The position numbers and the translations under genes are program-made. This document shows positions 26,536-40,590 of a DNA stretch of 64,000 nucleotides, piece by piece. This DNA is from Octopus sinensis. Its lineage: Eukaryota. The notes under the pieces were generated by a model, which saw only the letters and a list, made by a program, of their open reading frames with translations, made no database searches and was not told where the DNA came from. The stretch's first letter is position 1. Each line of letters begins with the position of its first letter. The DNA lies in the NCBI RefSeq assembly GCF_006345805.1, contig NC_043003.1, positions 44,764,001 to 44,828,000 on the forward strand. Reading direction: 5' to 3'.

Positions 26536-27832
26536 TCATGGGTGTTTTGTATGCGTGTCTGTTTGTATATCTGTTACTCTATTTGAAACTAGTTTTATTT
26601 CAATTGTATTTTTTAGTAGTCAGTCGGTCATAGAATTCTGAATAAAATTAGAATAATTGTGATTCAACAGATCAACGAACTGAGACAAATAACATCATGG
26701 CTGGAAGCAATGAAGATGAAACTACTGGGACATATAACTCTCACTACAAAAGAGCTGATGAAACAAACTATTTCATATAACAAACTATTTCATACACACA
26801 CACTCACGCACATAACCATGTTCTTTATTTGCCCCTCTCTCTCCCCTCCCCTCGTTCTCTCTCTCCCGCTCTCTTCTGTATGTGAGATTATGTGTGTGTG
26901 CGCGTGTTTATACGTGTGTATGAAACTTATCTGTTAATAGATTTCAGGAAAGTTTTAGGTCATATGGTTAAACACTTTCTCTTTTCAATTGAAGCAATTA
27001 TTAAACCATATTTGTAAGATTTCGATCTCGGTTTAATGTTCTTTATTTGATAAGTCTGACGTATTTAAATCTTCAACTACAGATTGCTTCGCGTGATTCT
27101 TTCTTTGTTATTTTATTCCTTATCTCATTTTCTTTGCTGTCTCTTCACGTTCAAGTTTGGCTCAAAACCTAAGACATAGAATTGAGATAAAATAAACCGA
27201 TTTCGACTGAAGAAGTGATTTGTATTTGAACTATTTTAACTATATTTGGTAACAAACAGACAACTGAGTCCATGAAAAATGTAAAAGCAACAGAAAATCA
27301 TAACACTAGACAGTAAGCGGAACAATTGTAATAGCGTCTTTCAGTGCTTTAAGTCGCTAGATTGGAGTAATCACCAGAGACTCGAACAAAATTTCTCATG
27401 TTGTTTGATCCGGCTTTTTTTTATGTTCCAATCCATCCAAAACCACATTTACTACCACTTGTAGCCAACATTCTCAATAGAGAGCGGGAAGTGAGTTGTG
27501 ACTGTTGATGTGGAGAAATCCGATGCAGCTTCGAATCTCTAAAGCTTCATAGATAGTGAAGAGGAGCAGTCAACCTTTGTTTGTCACGTCTTTCTACAGC
27601 ACATTTTTCCGTGAAAGATCTACAGTTATGTGAAAAATAAAGACCAATCTTGCGTTGTTAGCAGCAGGAATACTATCAGATATATAAATTCCTCTACAAA
27701 TAGAATAGGTCACCTCAGTCTATAACTTCCCCATCGGTGTTCTGCTCATGAGTAAAGATGGTAAACAATACTAAGGAAGGATAGGAAAATATTAGATTTA
27801 TAAGCCCTAAAATTCACTCCATAAGTGCCCAC

Positions 27833-27903
27833 GAGCATATGGCGTAGTGTTTAAGAGCGCGGGCTACTAACCCCAAGATTCCGAATTCGATTCCAAGCAG
27901 TGA

Positions 27904-27945
<42 letters not shown>

Positions 27946-28110
27946 CAACAACAACAACACGACATCGAAATATAATATCTCACTACCTCAGGATTGAGAA
28001 CCCAGTTTCGAAATTTCCTCAAGACACTTGATGAAGGCTGCAGGGTGTGTCAGCCGAAACGTTGTGTTAACATCAAGCAAGATGAGGACAAATATCTCTC
28101 AAATATAAAT
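27833..28110 (+). mobile_element. Composite short element: tRNA-like head, (TAA)(CAA)n, and HHR family H1 tail
   Basis: A-box TGGCGTAGTGT and B-box-like GAATTCGATTCC; then gacac TTGATGA A GGCTG [10 nt] CAGCC GAAA CG T T gtgtt at 28023-28068. Confidence 0.8.
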
Positions 28111-29164
28111 ATTATAAGCATCCTGGTGGTAGAACCTGCTGCTACTGGAAACACCAAAAGCAAAATAAATGTTCCATCCATACATACAGTACAGGTGAAT
28201 GGTTTTAAATCGTCAACAATTTCATTATGAAGTTAAAAAATGAAAACTGTCAATAGGTCCTACAATATTTTGTAACTAGTACTGAATTTCAGTTTATCCA
28301 ATTATGGAATCCAGAGTGTTAATGTTCTACTGGAATATATTATTCACTCCCCAATAGAAATAATATCTTGTTGAACCAATCGAAATTGTTTCCAAAGAAA
28401 TCGCAGGCTTCATTCAAAATGCCATTGTGCATACCCAATATAAAGTAATTCATCAGGTATCAACATTTCTAATACTCTTCGCTTGCGTTTTTTATTAAAT
28501 GACAGTAGAGGGCTTATCCTTGTTTTATATAAATTCATGGCAAAGCTGTGGCTCAAATAATCAAAAGAAAAAAAAAAGAAAATATTTGATACCGAAACAA
28601 GATGTTGAACGTATAACACGTATAAATGTTTCTCATAATACAAAAAAATCGCACCTCCTCTAAAACCGAAGAGCAATTGGTTTCGTCTGCAATAACACTG
28701 CCATCTTAAAATAATGTAATCAGTCCCTCTAAAAAATGTAGAACAGTATACAGAATACATAGAGAAAGTTAATCACTTCTCATAACTCAGTGGAACAACA
28801 TATGGATGAATCAATGAAGCAAAGTTGTACTTTCACCTCAGCAGTCACAAATAATGTATGAATCTTCAAAATAAATAGAAGTGAGGATTTGTAAGTCCAT
28901 CACTGTATATATGACGCAATTCAAAACATATCACCAAAGATACGATACTCCTTTAGAGACAGGAGATAATTTAGTCATGATCTCTGGCAAACATTCTACA
29001 ACAGGTAGGTAAATACCAAATTCCAACATTTGCCTAAATTTATCAGTGCTAGAACTACATACACACACTAAATCGATGATGTGCGTTTGTGACTATAATT
29101 ATAATGATACATGCACACACACTCACATCCTGGATATATGTGCGTGTATGAATTGACATTAGGA

Positions 29165-29201
<37 letters not shown>

Positions 29202-29254
29202 GCAGTCATAAACGGATATATCTAAATATATGTGTAAGTAAAAGTTCATAAATA

Positions 29255-29317
<63 letters not shown>

Positions 29318-29833
29318 GTCTATCTGTGTGTATTTATATAGCTACGCTTACCCACGAGTAAATACATGCTTATATGCATCCCAAAATATTTATTTATATA
29401 TAAAATCATACATATATACATACATATACACATACACAAATTAACAATGTAACACAAAGGAACTGGCCTGTTGTGGACATTCTTTAACTAGAAAGATCTA
29501 ACAGTATGCGTGAATATGAAATCTAGCAATGAAAGTTGATATTTGCTCTAAGATTTTCGATGTATTTATGAGAAACTAATATATTCTATCAGCCATCTGT
29601 TAAAATAGCGATCGAGTAGAATCAGAAACAAAGCAAACATATTAAAAAGAAAAAAAAATATCTCCAAAAGATGAATAGTTCCAACTCTCTCAGACGGTCA
29701 TGTTTCCCAGTAGATCAAGATCTAACCAATAAATTATATAATGTGTTTCGGGCATTTTATGAGATTTTCTGCAGCTGGTAGGAAAGGTTTATATTATAGG
29801 TAGGAGTATATATTCGTTTGCACACACACACAT

Positions 29834-29868
<35 letters not shown>

Positions 29869-29907
29869 CACACACGTGTATGTGTACGTGTATACAAAAA
29901 TGTATAA

Positions 29908-29944
<37 letters not shown>

Positions 29945-31029
29945 GAGAAAGCTATCTATATATATATATTTATAAATATGCCGCTCTCTCCATATGTATG
30001 TATACTTGTGTATATGTATTTGTGTATGTATATATATACGCAAATGTCGTCGATCTTAGTGTGTATCGTTGACGCTTTCATATAACAATTACCTGATGTG
30101 TGTACCCATTCACAAAGAATTCTTTTCAGATTCCAGACATCAAGTTTCACAGAAAATTATCTTCTTCTCATCTCTCACTCTTTATTTCCTTTCTTTTGCC
30201 TATGCAAATATTTTCCACCAATATTCCGTGCGATCTCTAGATTTATTGCTATTTAGTTTATATGTATTTTCCTTTCGATTATATTCTTTCCCATATACTA
30301 AAAGTATTGTTACTAATACATTTTTTCTTTTCTTTACCGTTTTACAACAATTCGTTTTGTCTTGGAATCTATTTCAAGGCAGAATAGAATCACGCTTGCA
30401 ATATAGAATCACTCGAGACGAGATATCCTTCTGTTTTCGGGCGATTTTAACACAGCTTCGATAAATACCTACACACAAACACACATATAACCAAAGTTGA
30501 GAGATGTTAAAAATATAATAGAATAATTGTACATACTAAAAGAATGCAAAACTATCTTGTATAGAAATCAGTATTGTAGGTCAAGTTAAGGCGGGGCTGA
30601 CAGAAACATTAGGATGCGGGGCACCAAGCTTGCGCATTTCGTCTGCAAGATGAGATGGGGTAGATATAATAAAATTAACCACACCCTAGAAATTACTAGG
30701 CTTCTTCCAAAATCTAAAGACCGATATGGTGATAACTTACGCGTTATCGTGCTAGGCACAATTGCTTAGCAACATTTCGTAGGCATTTACGGAGTGATTT
30801 CAAATTTTCCCGAGGTCGATTTATCTTTCAACTATTCGGTGTTGGTAGAATAAGTACCAGTTGACCACTGCGGTCAATGCAAACGACATATTCCTGACCA
30901 TTGCACCAAAAATTTTAATAGTTATAGTGGGTCAACAACCCCACACTAGATGAAAATTTCCAGTCGTTTCGAGTCTGTATATCTTTGGTGTATGCAGCCG
31001 CTTGTATACAAAATCAAATATCCAGAAAC

Positions 31030-31320
<291 letters not shown>

Positions 31321-31445
31321 ACATAAGATTACTTGGAAATGGATGCGTGGCGTTCAATCAAATAATAATATAAATAATATATATATATATATATATATAC
31401 ATACATATGTTTATATGGGTGCAAGCCGTCACCAACAGTAGACAG

Positions 31446-32084
31446 GAAATACGAAAACAAATGAGTTCAATACTCAAACAACGAGAGAAACAAATGGAAA
31501 ACAGGACAAGTAACACACAAAGAACGACCCTTTATCTGTTGTCAACTGTCTATCAACTCCCTATTTCGAGCATTGAACGACAATATGAGTCTTCGAAGAC
31601 AGTTGCTGCTATAAGTGCCAAAATAAAATTTGTGATTTATGGGCGGCCATAGTTGGGAACAAAAGCAAGCCAGTGGAGAGGTACAAGGAAACCGAACGAA
31701 AACAAACATGGATGGTCGTTAGACTAGTACGAGGGTAAAACAGCGAAAGCTGGAGAAATATTTTCTTTGATAAGAGGAAAGAGATAGGATACGTCCAGTT
31801 TTGTGACAGTACTGAAAGAAATGAAAGATGATCACGTGAGGAAAATAAAAATGGACGACGGTCACGTGTAAGCAACGGGATCATCTTTCCTCTAAAAACC
31901 TCATATTTTGTTTCGGTAACTATGGGAATAAACCATCTTCTAAGACACATATGTTCATTCAATGGTCGAAATCATGAATAGAAAGACAGACGACAACTGA
32001 TGAGGGATCAATCTTTGTGTTACTTGTCTTGTCTTCCATTTGTTTCGTTGTTTGCGTATTGAACTCGTTTGTGTACCGTATTTC
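31446..32084. repeat. Diverged inverted repeat, arms 31446-31599 and 31936-32084
   Basis: Arms align over about 150 bp (gagttcaatac..aaacaaatggaa..gacaagtaacac..tttcga.cattgaa). Each inner end carries a decayed GAAGA..C GAAA motif. Confidence 0.85.
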
Positions 32085-32119
32085 ATGTTATTTACTTTTG
32101 GTGACATATATCTATGTGT

Positions 32120-32158
<39 letters not shown>

Positions 32159-32304
32159 TGTGTGTGCGTGCGTGTGTGTGTGCGTGCGTGTGTGTGTGTA
32201 ATATCGAGTTAGAGGACATAGTGACCTAATGGATAAAAATGAATTTATTACTTAATCAACATATTCACTAACAACTGTTTCATTTCACAAACAAAATTAA
32301 AATT

Positions 32305-32888
32305 ACAAAACACATATAAATATATAATTTTGCAAAGGACAATAAGGATTACTTTAGGATACGCTTAGAATACACATAATATATAGACATGGTTTTCCAT
32401 AGAAGGTATTTACAATGTAAAATTATGTATTTATATATATTTTGTCATTTTAATTTTGTTTGTGAAATGAAACGACTGTTGGTGAATCTGTTGATTAATT
32501 AATAAAATAATTTGCATCCATTAGAAGGTTCTCTTTTCGAACTCGATAATAATGTTTGAAATTTTACAAAATTCTATATAATATATTCGTTGCTGTTAAT
32601 CTATTCAACCAGTGTATCTTGAATAAATATCCCTATAAGAGTTTTAGATATCCTCATTGCAACTATGTGTGTGTGTGTGTGTATCAACAATTGCAACATG
32701 GAAGGTGTTTATAAGCCATTTCATAACACAGAAAAACCGTTAGAATTACTCCAATATTTAATCTAAATGTTGAAGTGAATCTAAATTTTGTGTGTGTGTG
32801 TTTTTTTAATGGCTTATAAATACCTTCCACGCTGAAATTATTTTCGTTTCATGATCTCAGATCATGACACTATACAAGTACATCTCAG

Positions 32889-32926
<38 letters not shown>

Positions 32927-33340
32927 TTAGAGACAAAACCACTATTTTGCAAAACAAACACATAGTTGCAATGAGGATATCTAAAACTCTTATAGGGATA
33001 TTTATTCAAGATACACTGGTTGAATAGATTAAAATTTGAAGAGATATTTCAGCAACGAATATATTATATAGAATTTTGTAAAATTTCAAACATTATTATC
33101 GAGTTCGAAAAGAGAACCTTCTAATGGATGCAAATTATTTTATTAATTAATCAACAGATTCACCAACAGTCGTTTCATTTCACAAACAAAATTAAAATGA
33201 CAAAATATATATAAATACATAATTTTACATTGTAAATACCTTCTATGGAAAACCATGTCTATATATTATGTGTATTCTAAGCGTATCCTAAAGTAATCCT
33301 TATTGTCCTTTGCAAAATAATATATTTATATATGTTTTGT
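32305..33340. repeat. Long near-perfect inverted duplication, arms 32305-32670 and 32958-33340
   Basis: Direct reading shows identity over about 350 bp except a 17 nt extra segment at 33033-33049 and a few terminal mismatches. Confidence 0.95.
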
Positions 33341-33512
33341 TTTGTATTTAATTGTTGATAGGTTTACTTTAGTTTATATATTGATTATATATGGATTATA
33401 TATAGGTTATATATAGATTATATATTTATATTTTTCATTGATACTTTAATTATTTTAAAATTATTATTTTTTATACTTATATTTTAAAATATTGATATTT
33501 TAGATTGGAAAT

Positions 33513-33555
33513 CCACCTGAAGATTGTCGATCAGGACATGAAACAATTGTAGTGG
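33513..33555 (+). ncRNA. Candidate minimal (dimer-type) hammerhead, family H3
   Basis: ccac CTGAAGA T TGTC gatcag GACA T GAAA CAATTG T A gtgg. Helix III is the palindrome ACAAUUGU. Predicted cut after 33551. Confidence 0.72.
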
Positions 33556-34199
33556 CGGTTTTTTTACTTTTTATTAAAATTTTATGTATTGATTAAGTCT
33601 TTCCTTGTTTGTTTTGCAAAATAGTGGTTTTGTCTCTAATTAATATTATATAATATTTTACTATAAAATTGGATTTAATCCTAAATCTGATTTTTTTCCC
33701 TGTAAATTTGGATTTATTCCCTAATATTTATTATTATATATATATATATATATATAATGAAATATTTTGTTTAAGAATAAAATGCATATTCCTATCCAAG
33801 ATTCGAAACCACAAGCGTAAATTCAAAACCCACATCTCCGAAACCACTATGCAATGCATCTCCACAGCAGCACACTCACGCATGCCCACACACGTACATA
33901 CACATACACACTCAGCGTTGGTAAATTTAATGTGCTATTAATGTACTTTAAAACACGACCAAATCAAAATAGATCTAAAATTCGTTATAGTAAATTTTTA
34001 ATGCATAGCATATGTTTGATGTGATTTTTGCTGACTTGTTAAAATCATTTCCGTTCTTAGTATAAGGGTGCACCTACAAGAGTTACAGCATATTTATTAT
34101 TTATTGAGCATTTTGTGATATTAAGCGTGTGATTAGATCAGTCGAAGCGTGTTTTGTAAAGCACATATTACTCAATCCATTAGATATACACATTCATGC

Positions 34200-34458
<259 letters not shown>

Positions 34459-35129
34459 TGGCTAATGAATTTCCGTTGTTGGATGATGGTGTGTCAGTCG
34501 CTGATCAATCGAATTAGCTGCTCTAAATAACCACGTAACTGACTGAGCATTCCACGGGCGCCTACACATTTAAAAATCGTTTCCTGCTGAATAAACGCGA
34601 CAAACCGATATTTTTCGAAGTAAAGACGTAATGCTTTTCTATATTATTTGTGTATTCAATTTTCCTCCCAATGTATAAGTTGATTGAAATCTAAATAAAA
34701 CGTTATGGGCTCAAACTTTAATGTCGTTGAACTGTAATCAAACCTTCTGGTGTAGACGAGAACTTAATGGCCAGTGCATCTTTTATCAGTTTTTCTTTCC
34801 TTCCCTCTGTATTTCGAACTCACTATATAGTTTCTTTCACCTTCCGACCGTCCGTACACCTATTAAAATTATAAGCTCATCCACAACTGCCCATTTCTTC
34901 CCTTTGTCCCCACAACCGCTCCTCTCTTTCTCTTACCATTTCTGCTCACCTTCAAACCAGAGACGGGAAGCTCCTAGAAAGATGATCCACTGGGCTCAGT
35001 ATCATCTTAACTGGTGCTATAGAATGTGTACGCCGGTGTTGTAACGCCTGCTCATGACCAGCACTGGGCGTAGGTCATAATGTCATGTTACTCAGAACTT
35101 CTGTCTGTTGCACATAGTCTAACATTCTA

Positions 35130-35400
35130 AGTTGCTTGATATTCAAAATTTACAGGGCACGTTACATTGGGGAAACTGGTCAATGTCTTGTTGACAGTCT
35201 TCGGGAGTGCATTCACAGCATACTAATCGAGGCCAACCTGTCTCCACTCATTTCAACACTAAAGACCATTATACCATTCATTCATCAGTGCCCGACATCC
35301 CTGCATTCTATGGATCCGCATTTTAAAAGAAAATGAGGACATAGCTTTTCATATTCGAACTTGTCACCATGTCACCGAGAGGGTTAAACAAATGCTTTTT
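35130..35400 (+). mobile_element. Penelope-like GIY-YIG endonuclease C-terminal relic
   Basis: RYIGETGQCLVDSLRE, RGQPVSTHFNTKDH and FIFELVTMSPRGLNKCF in shifting frames. Confidence 0.75.
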
Positions 35401-35844
35401 CCCTCCCATTCCAAATCCTTGTCTTAATTCATTAAACATTGTCTTATCTAGAAACTTTCCTCGCCCTCATTTTCCCTACCACTTCCCTCGGGATTTTACC
35501 TGTCCTTGTTCTTAGTCCTATTCTGCTTTCATTCTACTTCATCACACCGTTTCTTAAGTAGGGAACGCACGTAGTACTTCGTTCATTATCAGTTGCAGAA
35601 ACATTTTTGCTCAATTATGCTGCCCCTCTATAATTTCTATCCTTTCAAATTTAGCCCTAAACAGGAATCCGTCGGAAATGACTTTTCATATTCAGGGCAA
35701 ATTCATTGTACTCCTTTTTATGAATTTTACTAAAAAATATGTTTTGCTGTCACAGACCATGACCAGCTACATTGAAGTCCATGTGATCATATGTATGATC
35801 TGTACATGCAGTGAAATTTCTTATATATATATATATATATATAT

Positions 35845-35979
35845 ATTTATTATATAGAAGGAGCTTCTACAGGACTAGAACTGTTTCATTCAAGAGAAAT
35901 CTTCAGGAAGCGGCTTCCTGAAGATTTCTCTTGAATGAAACAGTTCTAGTCCTGTAGAAGCTCCTTCTATATAATAAAT
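35845..35979. repeat. Perfect 67 bp palindrome (1 nt spacer at 35912) with a hammerhead fold in each arm
   Basis: Arms 35845-35911 and 35913-35979 are exact reverse complements. The plus fold at 35913-35961 reads gcttc CTGAAGA TTTC tctt GAAT GAAA CAG ttctagtc CTG T A gaagc. Confidence 0.95.
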
Positions 35980-36045
35980 TAATTTTACTCTGCTATGTAT
36001 TGAGTACCTTATTTACTGTGGTTAACCCCGAATCAACCCGGGACC

Positions 36046-36086
<41 letters not shown>

Positions 36087-36674
36087 TTTTACCTTTCTAT
36101 CCTTTTATTAGTTTCAGTCACTGGACTGCTATCATGCTAGAGCACATATATACATAAATGTGTGTGTGTGTGTATTTAGATTTTAGTGTTCCGTTATAGG
36201 TGGTATCAACAAAAAGGTAATCCATATCCATTGAGACACGAACGTCATTTCATATATACAGTATGAAAATATGAATTACTAAAATGTTCTTGCTGTAGAA
36301 ACACCATAATTCGGCATATTCACTTAACGTGCCCTGTGATACGAATATATACAGCTGGCCCTATTTAAAAAAGAAAGCTCCTTTTTGTCTTTGAGAAAAT
36401 ATGACGAAAGAAAAATCGAGAAGTTCTAAAGAAAAAAATGTGAGATGAGAAACAAATGATAAAAAGAAAAAACGGAAAGGTAAAGGAACGGAAAAAAAAA
36501 ACAATTGTTGCTTCCCTTTTGTCATTTGAAATAATAATTCGTCATCTAGGGGTGCAGAATAATTTTCTATTAGAAACCGTACTGCTGGAGTGAGGAAGTT
36601 TAAGATGTACATGTATTGCTAAATCAACCCGATTGGATTTCCCTCACCAAGTTGAGAGGAGAGGATACAATATT

Positions 36675-36847
<173 letters not shown>

Positions 36848-38544
36848 GTTATTCATTTCAAGGAAAATGAACTGAAACGATAATAATTCTACATAATTCT
36901 TATCGTGATTGACAACATATCCAATTTCACAATTTAAAAATTGATCAACATTGGTAATTTAATCAAGATGAAACTGATATTATGGATTTACACTTGGCTC
37001 ACAGGTACTTCATTTTCTAATGATGCACTTGTTAGCATGGTCATTCTTTGCATGTTAACTGTCATATATGCTCTTGCAAACATACACATAGTTCCATATG
37101 TACATTTATACACAAGAGAAAACTACTCTTTAACAGGTAATTTTTACATGCTAGAAGAAGTAGCCAAAACGGCCCAAAACACGATTTAATAGCAATTTTC
37201 GAAAGAGATGAAAAATTAAAAAAATTACCTTGTTTTTTTTTGCGGTAATACCATCGTTTGAAATTTCTTTAACAAATAAGATTATCTGCCACCGTTTAAT
37301 AGGTAATCTAGCAAATAGGAGTATCTGCCACGTGAATTCTCATCAGTAACCGGCCTTTAAAACTAACTTATAATTCAGAGACAAACACGTGTCCCATCGT
37401 TATATGTTATAATTTTTCAAGAACAGGTAAGAGGACAATAAAAAAAGCCATACCACGTGGCAGTACGCCTACACCCGAAAATGCCGGTTGGCAATTTGAT
37501 GCCTGAGGTTCGCATCAAGTGCCTTCTACGGCTGTAATCCTAAACTACAATGGACTTGTCTCAGAGAACATTTCTAGTAACCTTTGGGTACTCCTTCGTA
37601 TGAGTGTGTATATACGTGCGCGCGCGTATGTATAATGAGAAGAAGGGGAGAAATTGTAATGAATCCAAACAGGTGGAGGAATAGAAGTGACATTGAAAAT
37701 GCACACAGAATATCTTATAATTAATTTGAATTTAATTAAATTTTAAAATCAATCAATACACTTGTCCGGTTTCTCAATAGATTTTCAAACGTAAAGTGTG
37801 AGGTGTTCTGTCACGAGTTATGTATATTTTGTTTTAAAAATAGAGTGTTTTTAAAATAGGAATATAGCTCAAAACGCTGTCTATTAACGTAATTTAAAGA
37901 TCCGCTGCGTATTTCACCTGGAATATGGTAACGTAATGGTTCAGAAGAATATAAAATACTTTAGATAGGTTTTATCTTTAATGAGGTCATATGTAAGGAT
38001 GAAGTTTGGACGGCAGTCCTTAGAAACTCTGAGGCAATTCTTCAGAACATGGAGGTGATCAGTTCTTTTTTGCTTAATCACATGCAGTAAATTGAAGCTT
38101 ACCGGAAACCAAATCTTGAAGATGATTCTGCACTATTCATTAGGATTACGCTTTCTGGACTATAGCGGTAAAATTTCATAACTGACACTCCGTGGTTGTT
38201 CTATACGTAACACATACAATTTCAAAGCAGAATTCCTCAACGTTGTTTTATTTTCTAGACAGACAGTTGCTTTATTTGAAATTATGCATAATCAACATTA
38301 CCATAATATAGAAGGAGAAGGTCTAGTGTTTCTCTTCGTTCCTACTATGGCATGCAACTCCATCACAAAAGCAGCCACTGCAGTAACATGTGTACCATTT
38401 CTACGGAGTAGATTCCTACTTCCCTGAAATAAAAATCCATTGCCCCCACATAACGAAAAGGAGTGGACAATAGCACATCGCATCATGAAACCCAGCCATT
38501 TGGTAGGCATGTACATAATTATTTCTGTATTCCATGTACATACA

Positions 38545-38731
38545 TATATACATACATGCATACATACATACATACATACATACATACATACATACATACA
38601 TACATACGTTCGTACTTGTAAGAGTGGCACCTAAAAAGAAACATACTTTTTCCACTCCTATATAAATGTATTGCCACCTACTGAATAGTAGTCTTATGTA
38701 ATTGTCCTTTCTGTATCAAATGTTAGCATTG

Positions 38732-38790
<59 letters not shown>

Positions 38791-38802
38791 ATATCTATCT
38801 AG

Positions 38803-38860
<58 letters not shown>

Positions 38861-38870
38861 GTTTGTCTGC
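38545..38870. repeat. (CATA)n and (TCTA)n arrays
   Basis: Directly visible. Confidence 0.95.
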
Positions 38871-39558
38871 CTGCCTTCCTCGCTGTCTAGTGATTGATCG
38901 ATCTATGTATATGTGTATGATTCTGCTTGGGAGTATATGTGTATCTGCCTGTCTGTCTGTCTATCTGTCTATCTCTGCGTTTGTGTGTGTATGTGTGTGT
39001 GTCTGTGTTAGTGTACATGCTTACATGCCAGCATTTCCTTAAACATATGCAACAAATACCCTCTGATATGACATTCTCCATGTCAAACAATTGCACATTA
39101 CATTATCCGTTTGTCTAAATTCACTCACGCTCTGTTTTATTATTTTTCCTTTTTTCACATTTCTACAATATTTTTTTTACACTGTTTAGATTACTTTCCC
39201 TCATTTTTACATGAATGTGAACACTAACCACTGAATAATCAATTACGATTCTGTAGATAACCCTTCTTTTATTTTTCATTTATTACAAAACAATTTACTA
39301 CATCATCTGAACATCAACATCATGTTAACATTTTTTTATGCTTACGTGTAAATCCTGATCCTAAAAGCTTTCTGGCGACAATGAAGATAAATTTCTGGCG
39401 GCTATGCAGTTATTAATATTGAAGCGGATTTTATCTGTGTTTTAGTCTTTGCTGTATTCGTTGTAGATTCTTTCTTTTTTTTTTTTTTACCTGTGTCTGC
39501 TGTTGGGATTGCATCGTTCTTAATCATACTGATGTTATTTCTGGGCTTCTTGCAGTTG

Positions 39559-39630
<72 letters not shown>

Positions 39631-39656
39631 TAATAATAATGATAATAATAATCATT

Positions 39657-39885
39657 CAGGCGACGAGCTGGCAGAATCTTTATCACTACGAGAAAATTGC
39701 TTAGCGGTATTTCGTCTGCCACTACGTTCTGAGTTCAATTTCTTTCAAAGGTCGACTTTGTCTTTCATCCTTCCGGGGTCGATAAATTAAGTACCAGTTA
39801 CGTACTATGGTCGATTTAATCGACTAGTCCCCTCCTCCAACATTGCTACCCTTGTGGCAAAATTTGAAACCGTTATTATTTTCAT
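39657..39885 (+). mobile_element. tRNA-derived SINE family A copy
   Basis: gagctggcagaatc..gttctgagttcaatt..gtcgactttgtctttcatccttccggggtcgataaattaagtaccag..gaaaccgttattatt. Confidence 0.9.
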
Positions 39886-39903
39886 TATTATTATTATTAT
39901 TAT

Positions 39904-40372
39904 TGAGTGAGAGAGCAGTGCATGCCATCAAAGTGACACTGGGGTAAAATATACGAAGCCCAATATACCCATCATGACTACCCGTCTGATAAGGGTACAC
40001 CAGGCACATGCATCACAACCATATGTGCGCGACATGGTGATCTCATATCAAGATAAACAGCACATGACCTTGCAGGTGGGGCCCAGTTAGAATTTTCTTC
40101 AGGTTGAGTAGCCCATCCCGCTCAAAAGGTCCCTGAATAAGGGTTGTTTAAGGATGTTGAAAGAACCACCCATATTTCCAGAGGTGAATTATTCAAACCC
40201 CGAAGAATCCCTCTCAACACATGGCTATGATGCTCCCCCACTACTTCTGCTCGTGATCAGAGATGCACATATCGTCAGCCACTAAGGGACATGCTCAACT
40301 GGTTAAGGTCAAACAACTGACAAGCAAATCTGTGGTATTGAGCAGAATATTTGCTGTAGCCCATCTTTTACA
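39904..40372. mobile_element. About 500 bp non-coding interspersed repeat flanked by (TTA)n
   Basis: Homologous in reverse complement to 8475-9013. Triplet arrays on both sides. Confidence 0.9.
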
Positions 40373-40465
40373 TTATTATTATTATTATTATTATTATTGT
40401 TATTATTATTATTATTTTTATTTTTATTATTATTATTATTATTATTATCAGTATCATTATTATTA

Positions 40466-40541
<76 letters not shown>

Positions 40542-40590
40542 GTCTTCATCATCATCATCATCATCATCATTATCATCATCATTGTTGCCA
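40372..40590. repeat. (TTA)n(CAT)n compound microsatellite
   Basis: Directly visible. Confidence 0.97.

Noticed and set aside
27833-27905. Genuine tRNA gene
   Set aside because: The acceptor stem is not formed and the sequence runs into a microsatellite and repeat tail, so it is a SINE head.
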